The position numbers and the translations under genes are program-made. The notes beneath the pieces are model-generated. The model saw only the letters and a program-made list of their open reading frames with translations. It made no database searches and was not told where the DNA came from. From the NCBI GenBank assembly GCA_001662655.1, contig KV460225.1: a stretch of DNA of 64,000 bases; one strand, given 5' to 3'. Of this stretch, positions 1-12,643 are shown in pieces. Numbering within the stretch: position 1 is the stretch's first letter; each line of letters starts with the position of its first letter. Source of the DNA: Pseudogymnoascus verrucosus (taxonomy: Eukaryota).

Positions 1-2285
1 CGGAACAAAGTCGGATGAACAGGCGAATGCTGATGAGAAGTTGGCGGACACATTCAATTCGATTAGCCTAGCACCAAGCCTTGTTGTAAACGGATCAGGC
101 ACAGATGCCGATGGAGAAGAAAGAGACATATTTGGAGAGGGGTCTGCAGAATATCCTTTTCAACGCACTGATTCTGGATCAGATGCCGGGACAAAGCCAC
201 CGAGCCTTGATGGGAAGAGCATCACCTCTGGGACAACATTTGCCTTGGACGAGAAAGAATCGTTGCGGCCAGATGATAGTGCCAGTGTAAAAGCAGCTGA
301 GGACGATGATACGTGTTCAGGCCGTGGTTCTATTGTAGCTGGTTCCCGAATCGGGTCAGAAGCTGCCGGTAAGCCAGACTTAGTTTCCCTCGATTAAGCG
401 CATATTCTCTAATTCAAATCATAGCTCGCGCATATCGCGCCCAAACACACGAGATTGCAGACAGGAGGGCAGTACTCCCGGTTCTCGAATCACGAGCCCA
501 AGGAATTATGACTCCTCAAAGCGGTTCATCTGGGCCCCCAGTAGCTGGTGATCTCAGCTTGAAGCCTCTGGCCAGCCCTGTAGCAGCTGCAGAAGGATTT
601 AACCTTTTCTATAAGCACACTCCTGACGAGAAGCTTATAGAGGCTTTGGAATCGCCAAAGGATCGCATATTTTTGTTGCGACTGGAACAGGACGTGATAG
701 AATTTGTCAAAGATTCGAAGTAGGTTTCTCTCCATCTTAACACTTGCAATTCCCTTGAAGTTTGCATTGGTTGGATCTAATATGTTGCACAAACTAACAT
801 GACTTCGTCTAGGGAACCTTTCATCGATCTACCACCTTGCAATTCATTTTGTAGAATGCTAACCCACAAACTGGCCGATTATTACCATATGACCCACCAG
901 TTTGATGCTGTGGCAGGATCAGTCCGTATATTCCGGACGCCGTTCTGCCGATTACCGCAGTCACTCACGAGTATTTCAAATCCTCCAACTACTGGACATA
1001 CACCTCCTCCGACTGTTCCCGCGATGAAAATTATGCGTAGGGGGGGTGACAATGGAGGTAGCCCTTCAAAAGCCACCTCTGAGACGGGCAGTGACGGAAA
1101 AGACAAATCTTTGTCTGCAAAAGAGAAGTATGCTCAATGCATCTATTCCAATTGCTAAGTTGATGACACTAACAATTTCTAGATTATCTCGTGAGGAACG
1201 TGAAGCCGCATATAACAAAGCCCGAGAGAGAATTTTTGGAAACACAGAGAAGAGCGGCGATGCAACTCCAGGTAAGCAAGCGGATGCATAAAATTGCTGC
1301 TACCTGTGTATTGACTATAAATATAGATACTGAAGATGGCAACGATATCTCGCGATCCAGCTCGGTTTCTGGGAAAGCTAAGAGAGGAAAGATGGTTAAA
1401 AAGCATCGTACGGATTCCGAGAGCTTTGATGTCAGATCTCAATACACGCCCTTCTTTCCACCACAACAGCCACAACCGTGGACGCCTACACAGCCTGGAA
1501 CCATAGGTGCCCCGCAGTACACCAATGTGCTGCAGAATTCATTCTCAGGCCCGGCAGTGCCACAATACGGCCCTACTCCACCACACTTCCACCCTTCCAT
1601 GGCTGCTGGAGGCGCGCCTACAGCTTATCACCAGATGCCACAGGTAAGCCCAACTAATGATGTACTTACAACTAAGATATTGACGTCCATGTAGCAATTC
1701 CCAAGGCCCAGCCCCCCCAACTACCAAAACCACGGCGCATCCGTACCTCCATACGGCGGTCCTATGATGCAAAACTCTCCTCAGCAGGCAGGGCCATGGC
1801 CTCCGATGGGCTATCAAGCACCCTTCCAGCCTCGCGGACCCATGCCAGCTGGACAGACAATCCCATACGCATATGGACAACTGCCAAGCACCATCAACCC
1901 GGCCGACCCCAAAAGTCAGCACCCAATACCAGGAAGTTTCAACAGGCACGCCTTCAACCCCAAGACCCAGTCATTTGTTCCGGGCAACAATGGGGCCCCG
2001 ATGCCGCAACCTTTACCCCACCAGGGATCACCCCACCTTCAGTATACTGGCTATAATACCCCTCAGCAATTCGGCAACGGCGTTGGATATAACATGAGCC
2101 GCCAGAGCTCTAATGCATCTTTGCCATCCTATCACGCATCACCACATATGCCGCCGAGGCCCATGATTCACCAAGGGATAATCAACAACCAAATCCCTGT
2201 TCCTATCCCGAATCAGAATAACAACCATCTCCCACATTTTGGCAACATGGGCCCCTTGCCCCCTAAGCCACCACCAACTGCCTGA
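1..2285 (+). CDS. R3H + SUZ domain RNA-binding protein (Rbs1/encore-like), 5'-truncated by the window; exons <1-368, 425-719, 813-1127, 1183-1271, 1327-1643, 1695-2285
   Basis: R3H signature (PKDRIFLLRLEQD...LPPCNSFCRMLTHKLADYY), SUZ motif (MKIMRR...SREEREAAYNKARERIF), Pro/Gln-rich tail with FNPKTQSFVP; five GT..AG introns join the ORF pieces in frame. Confidence 0.88.
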
Positions 2286-2627
2286 AGAATTTGGAATTTA
2301 AATTGGACCACAGGCGAATCTCTTGTCAATGATGGCGTTCGGTAGTACCATAGATGGAGCTCGCATAGGGAATGGTGTCAAAAGGGGTCGCGGTGGGCTA
2401 TTGGGATGACGGATCACCCTGCTACTATGAATAAATGGAAGATTGTGAAATCACCTTAAATATGCATCGCTATGTGACTTGGATATGTTAATCCACAATA
2501 TCAACTTCCATGTGAAATCTAATCGATACAATTGACGCCGTCCCTAATCCGTACATACAAAGTGCCTTGCACTATTCCCTTCCAGTATTGATACACATTC
2601 GCAGAACATCATTCCCCTTCAATACAC

Positions 2628-3294
2628 TCAGATCTTTCCACCCCACCTCTTCTCCACACCCTTCTCCCTCTTCGGGTCCTCAATCTCCAAATCCCTCAAG
2701 TCAGCCACCATCCTCTGTAGGTCCGCATCGGCATCTGGTCTGTACCGCGTAACCTTCATAATATTCTTCGCTGTCATGTCGTTTACCTCCTGGCCAGCCT
2801 CTTGAACCCTAGCCAACGTCCTTGCAGTCATGGCAAAGCGCATATCCTTTGGCCCATCGACAAGCTCCAGGATCGCTGATGGCGCCTGATCGCCCTTTAG
2901 CGGCTCGATGCGCAGAACCCTCGTGTATCCACCCGGGCGTTCGGCGTAACGTTCGCGAAGCGGTCCAAAGAGTTTAGGAAGCAGGGAGTGTGGTGTCTAT
3001 CTGAAATTAGCCTTTTGGGGTCCCATCGTCTCTTTGCAGCCCAGCCGTGGTATCGGGGTGGGATAGGGGACTACTTACGAAGAAAATGCTCAGCGCTCTC
3101 CGCTTGCTGGCCTCTGTGTTCTTCTTCCCCAGCGTAATTAACTTCTCAGCTAACCGCTGTGCCTCCTTTGCCTTCGGCCATGTCGTCTGGATGGATTCGT
3201 GTGTGAAGAGGGAGGTGACCAAGTTACGGAGAAGTGCCTGTCTGTGTGCTGATGTGCGCCCGAGATGGCGATATTTCATGCGTCCTCCAGCCAT
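2628..3294 (-). CDS. MRPL8: Mitochondrial large ribosomal subunit protein bL17m; exons 3294-3079, 2996-2628
   Basis: L17 motifs [76 protein letters not shown] intron 3078-2997 keeps frame. Confidence 0.93.
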
Positions 3295-3710
3295 TACGGA
3301 TTATTCTGACCCTCCAGGTCAAGTCCTCGCAAATATTCTTCCGATGGGCGTGGTAAAGGATCTCGCGGGGGTGTGGTGCGAGGGAGAGTCGTTGGGACGG
3401 ATGCGTGGTATGCGGCTCGTGTGCCAAAAAATGTATTCGATATGTCGGGATTGAGGTGAGGGACTGCCGCGATTTTCTTGGCGTTCGGGAGAATTTGGCG
3501 AGGTTGTTCCGGGGAGCTACCAAGCTATTGATCCCGACGTCACTCATTTATATTTCTCCCACTTCAATGATTCAATGATTCAAAGACTCAATTGGCAGAC
3601 AAAATTATACGTCAGGCTACTATATAGGATCTGAAACTCCTGCAAAAATACAGCGGCCGTTCCGCGCCTATATAAGCTCTACTACCCACATCAACTACTC
3701 TAACGGCACG

Positions 3711-5005
3711 ATGGGATTTGCCACTGGCTTCGTAGGTCCCCCAATTGCAACCCCCACTACATAAAACCTCCCTAGAAAAATTCTAACAACCTCTCCCAGA
3801 CCAGCGGCGTAACTCTTACTCTCGGAATTGCCTACCTCACCGTCCTTGCACACGAGCGCAACCGCAACGCGCAAGGCGCAAACCTACGCACTCAATCCTC
3901 CCTCCTCAACACCCTGCTCCTCTCCGACCCGAGCCTCGCCTACTCCGCCCCCGACCTGGAGACCGGACGCACGAGCCGCGCGACGCTCGTCGAGACGGCC
4001 AAGGACCGCTGGAACGCGGAGATCCAGAACGCGGTGCGCTGGGTGCAGGGCGCCGAGTGGGGCAACGTGAAGGAAGGGATGGAGGGTGCGGTTGCTAAGG
4101 CGCTGGGCACGGGCCTGGAGAAGTCGAGGGAGGAGATTCAGCTTGCGGAGGATAAGGCGGGGCCAATTGCTAGGGAGGCGATTGAGAGGTCTAGACAGGG
4201 CGCAAAGATGGGCTTTGATGGCTCGAGGGTTGCCGCTGAGAGGGCGGCATCGAGGGCGCTGAGTGCGACGAGCGAGAGGGAGTTGAAGTTTGAGGGGAAG
4301 ACTGAGCATGGGTTGGAGAATGCGAGTGCGACCGCGAAGGAGGTGTGGAAGAAGGGCGTGGAGAAGTCGCATGAAGTTGCGGAGCAGCTGAGACTCGGGG
4401 AAGAGTCTGTTGCCCACGCTGTAAGGCGTGAGTTGGAGAAAAGCGCCGAAGCGGCCCACGAGATTGGCAAGAGAGAGGGCATTTATGGAGACAAGACAGA
4501 ACACGGCCTCGAGAATGCGGGGCTTGTGGCTAGGGAGGCCTGGAGAAAGGGTGTTGAAAAGGGACGTGAGATCGAGAAAGGACTGAAGCTTACTGAGGCG
4601 GCGACCGAGAATGCTGTGCGGGGCGCTGCACGCCACGGGGCTTCAAAGGCTGCGGAGGTTGCAGAAGGACTGAAGCTTACTGAGACGGCCATCGAGAATG
4701 CTGTGCGGGGCGCTGCACGCCACGAGGCTTCAAAGGCTGCGGAGGTTGCGGAAGGACTGAAGCTGACGGAAGAAAGCGTCGTTGGTGCAGTGAAGAGGAC
4801 TGTCGGACGCGGCAAGGAGGTTGTGGAGAACGCCATGGGGAGGACGAGTGGACACGAGGAGGCAGATGGGTTGACAGATGTGCAGAGGGCCTTGAAGCAA
4901 AGGTACGACGCAGCCTCCCCGCTGAACAAGTCAGTCAGGGAGGCGTTGGCGGAGAGATATAAGCCAGTTGACCAGAAGTCGAATTCGAACTTGAGAGGTC
5001 TATGA
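3711..5005 (+). CDS. MIC12: MICOS subunit Mic12/Aim5-like protein with an expanded helical repeat region; exons 3711-3731, 3800-5005
   Basis: N-terminus MGFATGF|TSGVTLTLGIAYLTVLAH and ETAKDRWNAEI..AVRWVQ..EW match fungal Aim5/Mic12 as I recall it; GTAGGT..CTAAC..CAG intron 3732-3799 in frame. Confidence 0.72.
4579..4770 (+). repeat. 87-bp in-frame tandem repeat (about 2.2 copies) inside the MIC12-like CDS
   Basis: GGACTGAAGCT recurs at ~4580, ~4667, ~4754; peptide GLKLTExAxENAVRGAARHxASKAAEVAE occurs twice. Confidence 0.9.
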
Positions 5006-5142
5006 TTTGTCACGCGGTAAGAATGTATAACAACGTTACTTGAATTCAAGTTTATCAATGATACATTTTAAGGTTGCCCCGAGTGATGTTAGAGGTTATA
5101 CAGCACCTTTATTTAAACGTAACACCCACCACCCCCTTCGCT

Positions 5143-7461
5143 CTACAGGAAATCAAACGTATCCCCCTTCTCCATAACCATCTTCTCCACCCTCTCCGTC
5201 CCCGCAACCCTCTCTAACTTCATCACATCCCACTTACTAAACACAGCCCTCGCGCTCCCCTCACCCACCTCCAGCCTCCCCTCCTGCACGCTCCTCCCCA
5301 GATACCCGCCCACAATCTCCTTATAAAAAATCGGATTATCAGGCAACCCATACATAACCACCTTCCGCACCCCGCGAATCTGGTACCTCCTGAAATGGTG
5401 GGCTCGCTCCGTATACAGCAGCACGCTGTGTCGACCAGTAAGGAAATGCGAGCGAGCGCGCGCCACTTCGCGCACGGAGGTGTACTCGGAGATGCAGCCG
5501 AAGGAGAGGGTAGCCGTCGTCGGCGAGGAGGAGAAGTAGTTTCGCACGCGCACGAAGTCGAGGTAGCTGGGTATGAAGAGGAGCGTCCCGGCGGAATCGT
5601 GCTTATGCCTCATGAGCGCTGGGACAAGCGCGGATGTGAAGTATGTGAAGCGCGCGTCAGGCTCGGCGCTGATGGAGGGGGCGTCGATGCGGGAGAAGGT
5701 CTGCTTCACGCGGAGGCCGAGCTGTTGTAGGGCGCCTTGGTGGGTGGCGCCGATGCGGACCTTGCCTCGCCAGTTGCGAGATTTGGAGTGGAAGAGGGCG
5801 TTTAGCTCGGGGGTGTTGAAGGCGGAGAGGGCGATGGTCTGGCGGAAGTAGCGTGCAGCATCATCGAGGTACCAGCTGCGTACACGAGAGAAATCACAGC
5901 CGTGAGCCTCCTTGGGCTGCTGATTCATGTGCGAGAAGATGTACTCGACATGCTCCCAGTTCTGCATTAGGAGCGCATCGGCTTGGTCGACGATGACGAG
6001 CTCGATGGAGCTGAGGAAGTCGTGGTCGATTTTCTTGGAGTCTTCGGTTCCGATGGCCATTCGTAGGCCGAGGGGACTGGCGAGGATGATATCGGAGTTG
6101 TAGAATTGGGAAAAGTACTTTACGGTCTTGCGAGTGAACTTCAGTCCCAGGCGGAACATGTCATCGTCGTTTCCAGCGAACAGTTCTCGGAAATCTTCAG
6201 TTTTATCATCTGAGAATTTCTCTTCTTTGTCGACGTATGAATCGTCGAACCGCTTCCTGTTTTCTTGTTGCTCGGGCTCACATAATTTGTTGATCATGTT
6301 CACCATCCGCACACAGGACTCTCTTGTCGGCAGGAGCATGAGAACCTTGGGCCTTGTAAAACCCTGATCTCTAAGATCCAGATCTTCGTTGCCCTCTTCC
6401 TTGGCGAGGCGAGCGTTGTTTTTAATCACCTTATCTCTCGTCCTGGGTTATGTTAGTAGATAGCATATGGATAGATAGGTGGGAATCGTACTTGAAGATG
6501 TGGTTGACTGCGTGCAGGCACGTCAAACGGCGGAGGTTCTCAGCGTTCGCTGCTGTCCTATCGCAGAATAATATATCACGGTAGTTGAAAATCGAAGCCG
6601 CCATGTTCTGCTCTAGCGGATCGAAAGAGCCCCTTTGCTTTGTGACTGGGTCAATAAGCTTCTTCTTCAAGACGAGCCCAGCAGGACCGCTAATCGCCGC
6701 AGATAGTGTGGCTTGTTCTGGGGCATCTTTCTCTGGAACAGCAACGACAGCCTTTCCGACGTTCTTCACGATAATTTTTTTCGGCGACCACACCCCGTTC
6801 TTCAAGTTGTTGAGTCTCCTCGAGAGGACATTACTGTCAGGGTTGGCAAAATTGGCTTCAAACGGATCGGAAGCATCCTCGTCATCGTCCTCGTCTAAGG
6901 CGCCTTCCACTGCAGTCTCCGGCCCTTCCTCCTCTTCGTCCACGTCGTCGACATTGGTAATCTCTTCTTCATCCTCGCTATCCTCCGCCACCTGCTGCCC
7001 AGACGATGTATCGAGCTTACGTCGCTTCGCAGCCGGTGCTGAATCCGCCGCAAGGCTTTGCAGGAGCGCAGCGTAAGGCTTCACAGCCGAAGCCTGGACA
7101 ATGTCGTCGTCGTCAGACATCTCCTCGTCCGAGTCCTCTTCCTCAGAAGCCGACTCGTCCGAATAGTCCTCGCTGTCGCTTTCTTCCTCACTATGCGGCA
7201 TTAGCAATCACACCACCAGTATGCCAATTAGTATCAAACTTACTCTTCCTTCTTCTCCGCTAACCTCGCACTGTCGAATATCGGCTTCCCTCTTCCTCTG
7301 CCTCTGCCACCTCTACCTCCTCCTCTGCCTCCCCCTCCGCCTCGCGCTCCACCACGGGCTCCTCCTCTTGCTCCGCCTCTGCTGCTACCTCCGCGACCGC
7401 CACGGCCACCTGCGCTAAACCCTCGACCTCGAGCGCCGCCTCTGTTGCCGTGAAATGCCAT
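5143..7461 (-). CDS. UTP25: U3 snoRNA-associated protein 25; exons 7461-7244, 7190-6492, 6442-5143
   Basis: [54 protein letters not shown] motifs; two canonical introns join the three ORFs in frame; RGG-rich N-terminus. Confidence 0.95.
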
Positions 7462-8028
7462 TGTCGGATGTGTGCTTGGGAAGCTTGCTTGGTGCGCCGC
7501 GATTAGATTCTCAGAAAATTATTGGCGATAGCTGGGGTCCCTGGCGGTTTCTTATCTTAGCGTCTTATGGTGGGCGCCCGTCAAAATGTCATTCTGAGCT
7601 GGTTCAAGCAGTTCAAGGGAGGCTTCCTTACCACTCTAAAAGAGGAATATGATTATTTTAAATACGGAATAGGGTATGGCTAGATTTACTGGATAAGTGG
7701 CATCTTCAAGAGCTCAAATCACCTACATCTTCATATAAGGTCACATGGGATCGCTTCGAGGCTCTCGCTGCTTCCAAAGGATATCGACCATGGCATGGAT
7801 GATATACCATGGCCATCAGCGTTGTGAAACTCAAAAGGTATTTACAAGAAAGGCATCATCCATTCGAATCATCATGTCTTGTTCTCGTAAACCAGCCCCA
7901 GTATAGCATAAATGAATGAAACAACCAACAGACTAGCGTCGCAACCACATCAGAAAGCCATCACTGCTACCCTTCTCGTACTTTGTCGCTCTCGAGGAGG
8001 CAAGACAGCGTGGAAAGAGATTATACTC

Positions 8029-8168
8029 TCAGTTTGGGCAGCTCTGTGGCGACGTTAGTGGGAGCTCATTATCTCTCAGGGAAAGTGAAGCCTTACAGCA
8101 CCGCAAGAGCCGCAGGCCTTGGTTCCGTCACCGGCAGCACCGCACTTGGGGCATGTTCCTGGGTTCAT
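8029..8168 (-). CDS. 28-aa Cys-rich microprotein MNPGTCPKCGAAGDGTKACGSCGASCPN (zinc-ribbon- or metallothionein-like); exons 8168-8097, 8043-8029
   Basis: CAAAATG start context, 53-nt intron GTAAGG..ACTAAC..CAG (8096-8044), in-frame TGA, upstream TATATATA (~8294-8301), all five Cys as TGC; below the ORF-track cutoff. Confidence 0.8.
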
Positions 8169-9041
8169 TTTGAGATGATGGTATTCGAACTTGATCGTGA
8201 GAGGATCTTTATTGAGTTGTAGGATGCTGTATTGTTCAGGTTGTGCGTGGATATGTTCGGTTTGCCGACGAAGAGAAGGTGGGGGAGGAGGGGTATATAT
8301 ACAGCATTATCTGGGCGGGGTATTTACTTTGGTATGATAGGCAGGGAAGGAACGCTTGATGCTCGAAATACAAGACAGGCAAGGGCCGGGAAAGACGAGG
8401 CAACACTATAATAGCCACGAGACCACCAGGCTGACTTTCATCCTATGATTTTTGCTTATTTTGTCGTACTTGTCTGACGCTGCCTTGTGAAAGTGGGGGT
8501 TGGTTCCAAATGTCGGGCGTTCTCGAGTTCATTCAGTAATGGAATGGGTTTAATAGGCGGATATGCTCAATAGTAGACCGATTTATAAGTTTAATATGGA
8601 GAAGAGATATTATTCTAATACATGGATTAGTTAAGGAGAAAGCAGCCCGTAAGTCTGTACTTTCATATAGGAGGGGTCGAAAGAATAGAGCCAGGCCTGA
8701 GGAATGCTAGCGTTACTCCTCTAGTTTTCCCGTTACTGGCTGGATTCTTAGGTTATTTAAATCAAAAGAAAAGGAATAGCTTGTAATCCCCATAATACCC
8801 TAATAATAAATAAATTCGTTGAGTTTATTCCCAAATATTAACGTCAGTCGTTACTTCTCGGGTCGTTCTGGCTGGTATCCTTCTCCGTTATCTTAGCGCG
8901 ATCAGGGCTTAAATTCTTGGCACCCACAGCAAAAGATTGACTAGTACGGCGACGGCGAGGTCGAAAGAGTTTGGAGATCCCCCACGACGCCTCACGCCTA
9001 ACTCATCTACGATCTCAACAGATCCATTCAATCCGCACAAT

Positions 9042-10171
9042 ATGGCGGTCGCAGCTGATTCTTTCCTCCATCTCGCCAGGCCACTCGGGCCCACGGCAGT
9101 TGGCATTCAACCCACCACCGCCCCGCTCAATGTTATCGTCCAGCCACAGGTTTGTTTGTACATATCAGGAAGCCGTGAAATTATGCTCATTTGAACCACC
9201 AGGTCGTTTTCTCCATCTTAGATCACGCCCTCCGCCGCGACCCGGCATCGAACCGCGTTATTGGTGCCCTCCTGGGTGTCCGCTCCGAAGATGGAATGGA
9301 AGTCGAGGTCCGCAACTGTTTCGCCATCAACCACACCGAGACGGAGGAGCAGGTCGAGGTCGATGTCGAATACCAGAAGAACATGCTTGCGCTGCAACTG
9401 AAGGCCAACCCGCGCGAGGTCCTCCTTGGGTGGTACACGACCAGCCTCGAGCTGAACAACTTCAGCGCTCTGATCCAGAACTTCTTTGCCAGCTCCGAGA
9501 CCGGCACCTTCCCACACCCGGCCATCCACTTGACCGTCTCGACAGAGGCAGGCAAGGAGATCGAGGCCAAGGCTTACATCAGCGCACCCGTAGGCGTGAA
9601 TGCCGAGCGTGCGGCTGAGAGCTGTCTCTTCATCCCCGTCCCATACGAGATCCGATACGGCGAGGCAGAGAAGAGCGGCCTCGAGCTGATCTCCGGCGCA
9701 AAGGACGTCGATGCCCGCGCTGCACCAGTCGTCACAGACGCCGAGAGCCTCGAGCGCGCGATTGAGCACACTCTGGACCTGTTAGAACGCGTCTCCGAGT
9801 ACGTCTCGTCCGTTCTTGATGAGGAGCGCGAGCCAAACAACGCCCTGGGTCAGTTCCTCATGAACGCCCTCTCGTTAGCACCAAAGGTCGACGCCGCAGA
9901 TATCGAGCGCGACTTCAACAACCACATCCAAGACATCCTTGTCGTCTCCTACCTCACCAACACCATCCGCACACAAATCGATCTCTCGCAGCGCCTGGCC
10001 ACGGCCACGATTACTCTTGGCAGCACCGACGCGATAGGCGGTAACACAGGAGGAGAGGGCGGCGAGAGAGGCGAGCGTGGGGAGCGTGGAGGAAGGGGTG
10101 GAAAGAGGGGCGGACGCGGTGGACGTGGAGGTGGACAACCGAGGGAGCCGAGGGAGCCAAGAGAGGAGTAG
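9042..10171 (+). CDS. eIF3f: Translation initiation factor eIF3 subunit F (MPN/JAB1 family); exons 9042-9149, 9203-10171
   Basis: [52 protein letters not shown]; intron 9150-9202 in frame. Confidence 0.93.
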
Positions 10172-10673
10172 ATGACGGTAGAGCTTGATGACTTTTTAAA
10201 ATAATGCGGCTTTAGGTCCTCTACGCCTTGCATGGCTGTATTGCATTGTATAGGATGAGGGGAAAGCATGGCGTTTGGTTGGGCCACCAGGTAGAGACGA
10301 GCATTAAAATACCACGTTATAACGTCAGTTCATGTCCACTGCATTGATTGTTTGCCAGAAGTTTTGTGATGTGAGTTGAATTTTAGTCTGCGGCCTAATT
10401 TCCTATCCTCTGAAACCGCAACCGTGATTCGTATAACGCCAAAGTTATCCTACCGACTCTCCCGATCCTCACTACCCTCACAGCACTCACTTCAACTCTA
10501 AGGGGCCAACATATCTTAACATATAAAGACGGCAATGCTTACATCGTAGATGTTTTGCCATTCTCAGCCTTCCTGAGAATTTTAGAGTTAAACGGCTATT
10601 ACAAGTCAAAGTTCCCTTGAAAGCCAGGAAGTCCATTAATTAACTATTATCAGCCACTATTGTGCGCTGCTAC

Positions 10674-11424
10674 TTATGGAATACCGAGATCTTCCCTTTG
10701 CGTGCGAAGCCAGCCTTTAGCTTCATCCTTTGAGCTGCCTTCGTGGTCAAATTGCCACTTAATAAGTCCATCGAGCGCCGCCTTCATAAAAGGACCGGTA
10801 CACTTAAGATTAAAAACCTCTTTAATATCGAACCCGTTAAGGATTGATTTGATAGTAGGCGCATCTTGCAAGTTCTGTTGAAAGACCAAGTTCATAAATG
10901 TAGAATAACGCTCGAGATGCACTGCGAAAGAGGATTGTTCATATACCACTTCCACCAACAGCGAATAAAGGATTCGGACTCTGGCTGCTTGGTGTGTAAA
11001 CCTCCGTTCTTAAATTTACGAGATCTATCTCTAGGCCAAAAACTTTTCCAATAGCGGTTTCGAGATTCTTTGACATTCCAGGATTACAGATGGTTGTTTT
11101 AAAGCCAGTAAAGAGAAGCCGGGATGGAATGCCAATTTAGGTTGCTTGTTGACTGTATTCTGCCTCGTTTCGAGACTAGAAGTCAGTGAGAACCTCAGCA
11201 AACTGTACACCCGTCATTGTACTACGTGCTATGTCGACGTCCGAGGTCTGAATACCAAGTAATTTGTCCCTCACCCAACCCCCAGTGACCCAAATTTCAA
11301 GGTTAGAGATAGTCGAAGGAGACGTAGATTGGCTACGCAGCAGATCATCTCGGCAGTCTAGTAGAAGTTTCCTAAAAGGCTGCTCAGCAGGAAGCAAGCA
11401 GACGCTCTCATTCTTTCTTTTCAT
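10674..11424 (-). pseudogene. Degenerate, internally deleted CCA tRNA nucleotidyltransferase (class II PAP/CCA family) copy
   Basis: WVTGGWVRDKLLG..TSDVDIA motif, in-frame TAG/TAA, then NPGMSKNLETA.GKVFGLEIDLVNLRTEVY, then an abrupt jump to C-terminal ILNG..I..F....GPFMKAALDGLIKWQ; central RRD and EDPLR motifs absent. Confidence 0.8.
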
Positions 11425-11947
11425 AGGCTCAAATTTGTCTGATGTGTGTTAGCGATGGGCGATGTGTATATAATAATGTCACCTATCCTTGCCTTGATTG
11501 AGCTTGAGCGTTTTACTAGCCAGGTATGATCAATTCATCGTGTTACTGTCCATAGTCCTGTGCTTTAGCAATCTTTACTAACAGTAAAAGATGGTTGGCT
11601 ATTATATTACGAGAAGATCGGATCAGAGTGGGATCAAGGTGAAGGAGTCATGTTAACATCTGATCTTTCTGCTTACTTAATTAATTGCTGACGACGGAAT
11701 TTGTGTAGACCCCTGGTCGTAACCAACTTTAAGCTCTATAAACATAACTCACAGAAATAAAGTTTGCAAGCTTTCTAGAAAGGTCAAAAGAATAATCGTT
11801 AGAATTAACTGTGGAGGAAGGGATTGACACGAAACATTGCTTCGCCTCACCCAGCTTACCGTTTGAGGTTTCAGGAACTGAGGTTAGGAATCCTAAAGTT
11901 ATCTAAGGCACCCTCACCTCTCTCACCTCTCATCGAGAGCCACAAAC

Positions 11948-12643
11948 ATGGCGAAGACAAGCATCATCTTTGTTGCTGGCGGCTGGCACACCGAATTCCA
12001 CCTCCAGCCAATTACCCCCTACCTCGAGGCCCATGGCTATCGTGTTGTACCTGTCAAACTCCCCACGAGCGGGCATCACGACCCTCCCCCCTCCATCAAA
12101 GCCAACGTAACACACATCGGCGCCATTCTCCAAGCCGAGATCGACGCCGGCTACAGCGTCTGCCTTGTCGGCCACAGCGTATCCGGGCAATCCGTCGCTC
12201 TCGCTGCTAACGAGTTCCTCGCCTCCGCCAGCGCCGAACAGAGCGCCAGGCTGGTCCATATCATCTTCATCTCCTGCTTCCTGAACGCGGCCCGCGCGAC
12301 CGAGGGGTTGACGTGGTTCACGATCGACTTTGAAACGATGGACGCGACGGTAGCGTCGCCGTACGAGGTTTTCTATAACGGCATGTCACCTGAGGCGGCT
12401 GCGCCGTTCGTGGCGGCGTTGGATGCGAATCGTGCGGAGATGCCTCCGGATGTTGGCGATCTGTGGAGGACGAAGGTCAAAGGGACGTATTTCCTATGCA
12501 GAAATGACAAGGCTATCCTACCGGAGCTGCAGAGGCTGGAGGCACAGGATTGTGGGATGGAGATTGTGGAGATTGAGATGGATCACTGTCCTTTTGTAAG
12601 TCAGCCGGGGGAATTCGCAGAGGAATTGCATAAGGCGCTGTAG
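11948..12643 (+). CDS. Alpha/beta hydrolase (methylesterase/Abhydrolase_6-like)
   Basis: FVAGGWH oxyanion region, GHSVSG nucleophile elbow, D in CRNDKAI, H in DHCPF; intronless 231 aa. Confidence 0.88.
   Translation: MAKTSIIFVAGGWHTEFHLQPITPYLEAHGYRVVPVKLPTSGHHDPPPSIKANVTHIGAILQAEIDAGYSVCLVGHSVSGQSVALAANEFLASASAEQSARLVHIIFISCFLNAARATEGLTWFTIDFETMDATVASPYEVFYNGMSPEAAAPFVAALDANRAEMPPDVGDLWRTKVKGTYFLCRNDKAILPELQRLEAQDCGMEIVEIEMDHCPFVSQPGEFAEELHKAL

Noticed and set aside
3884..5058. Long antisense ORFs over MIC12 (similar shadows over eIF3f, RPS23, SDR, HEM2)
   Set aside because: Shadow frames of GC-biased real genes
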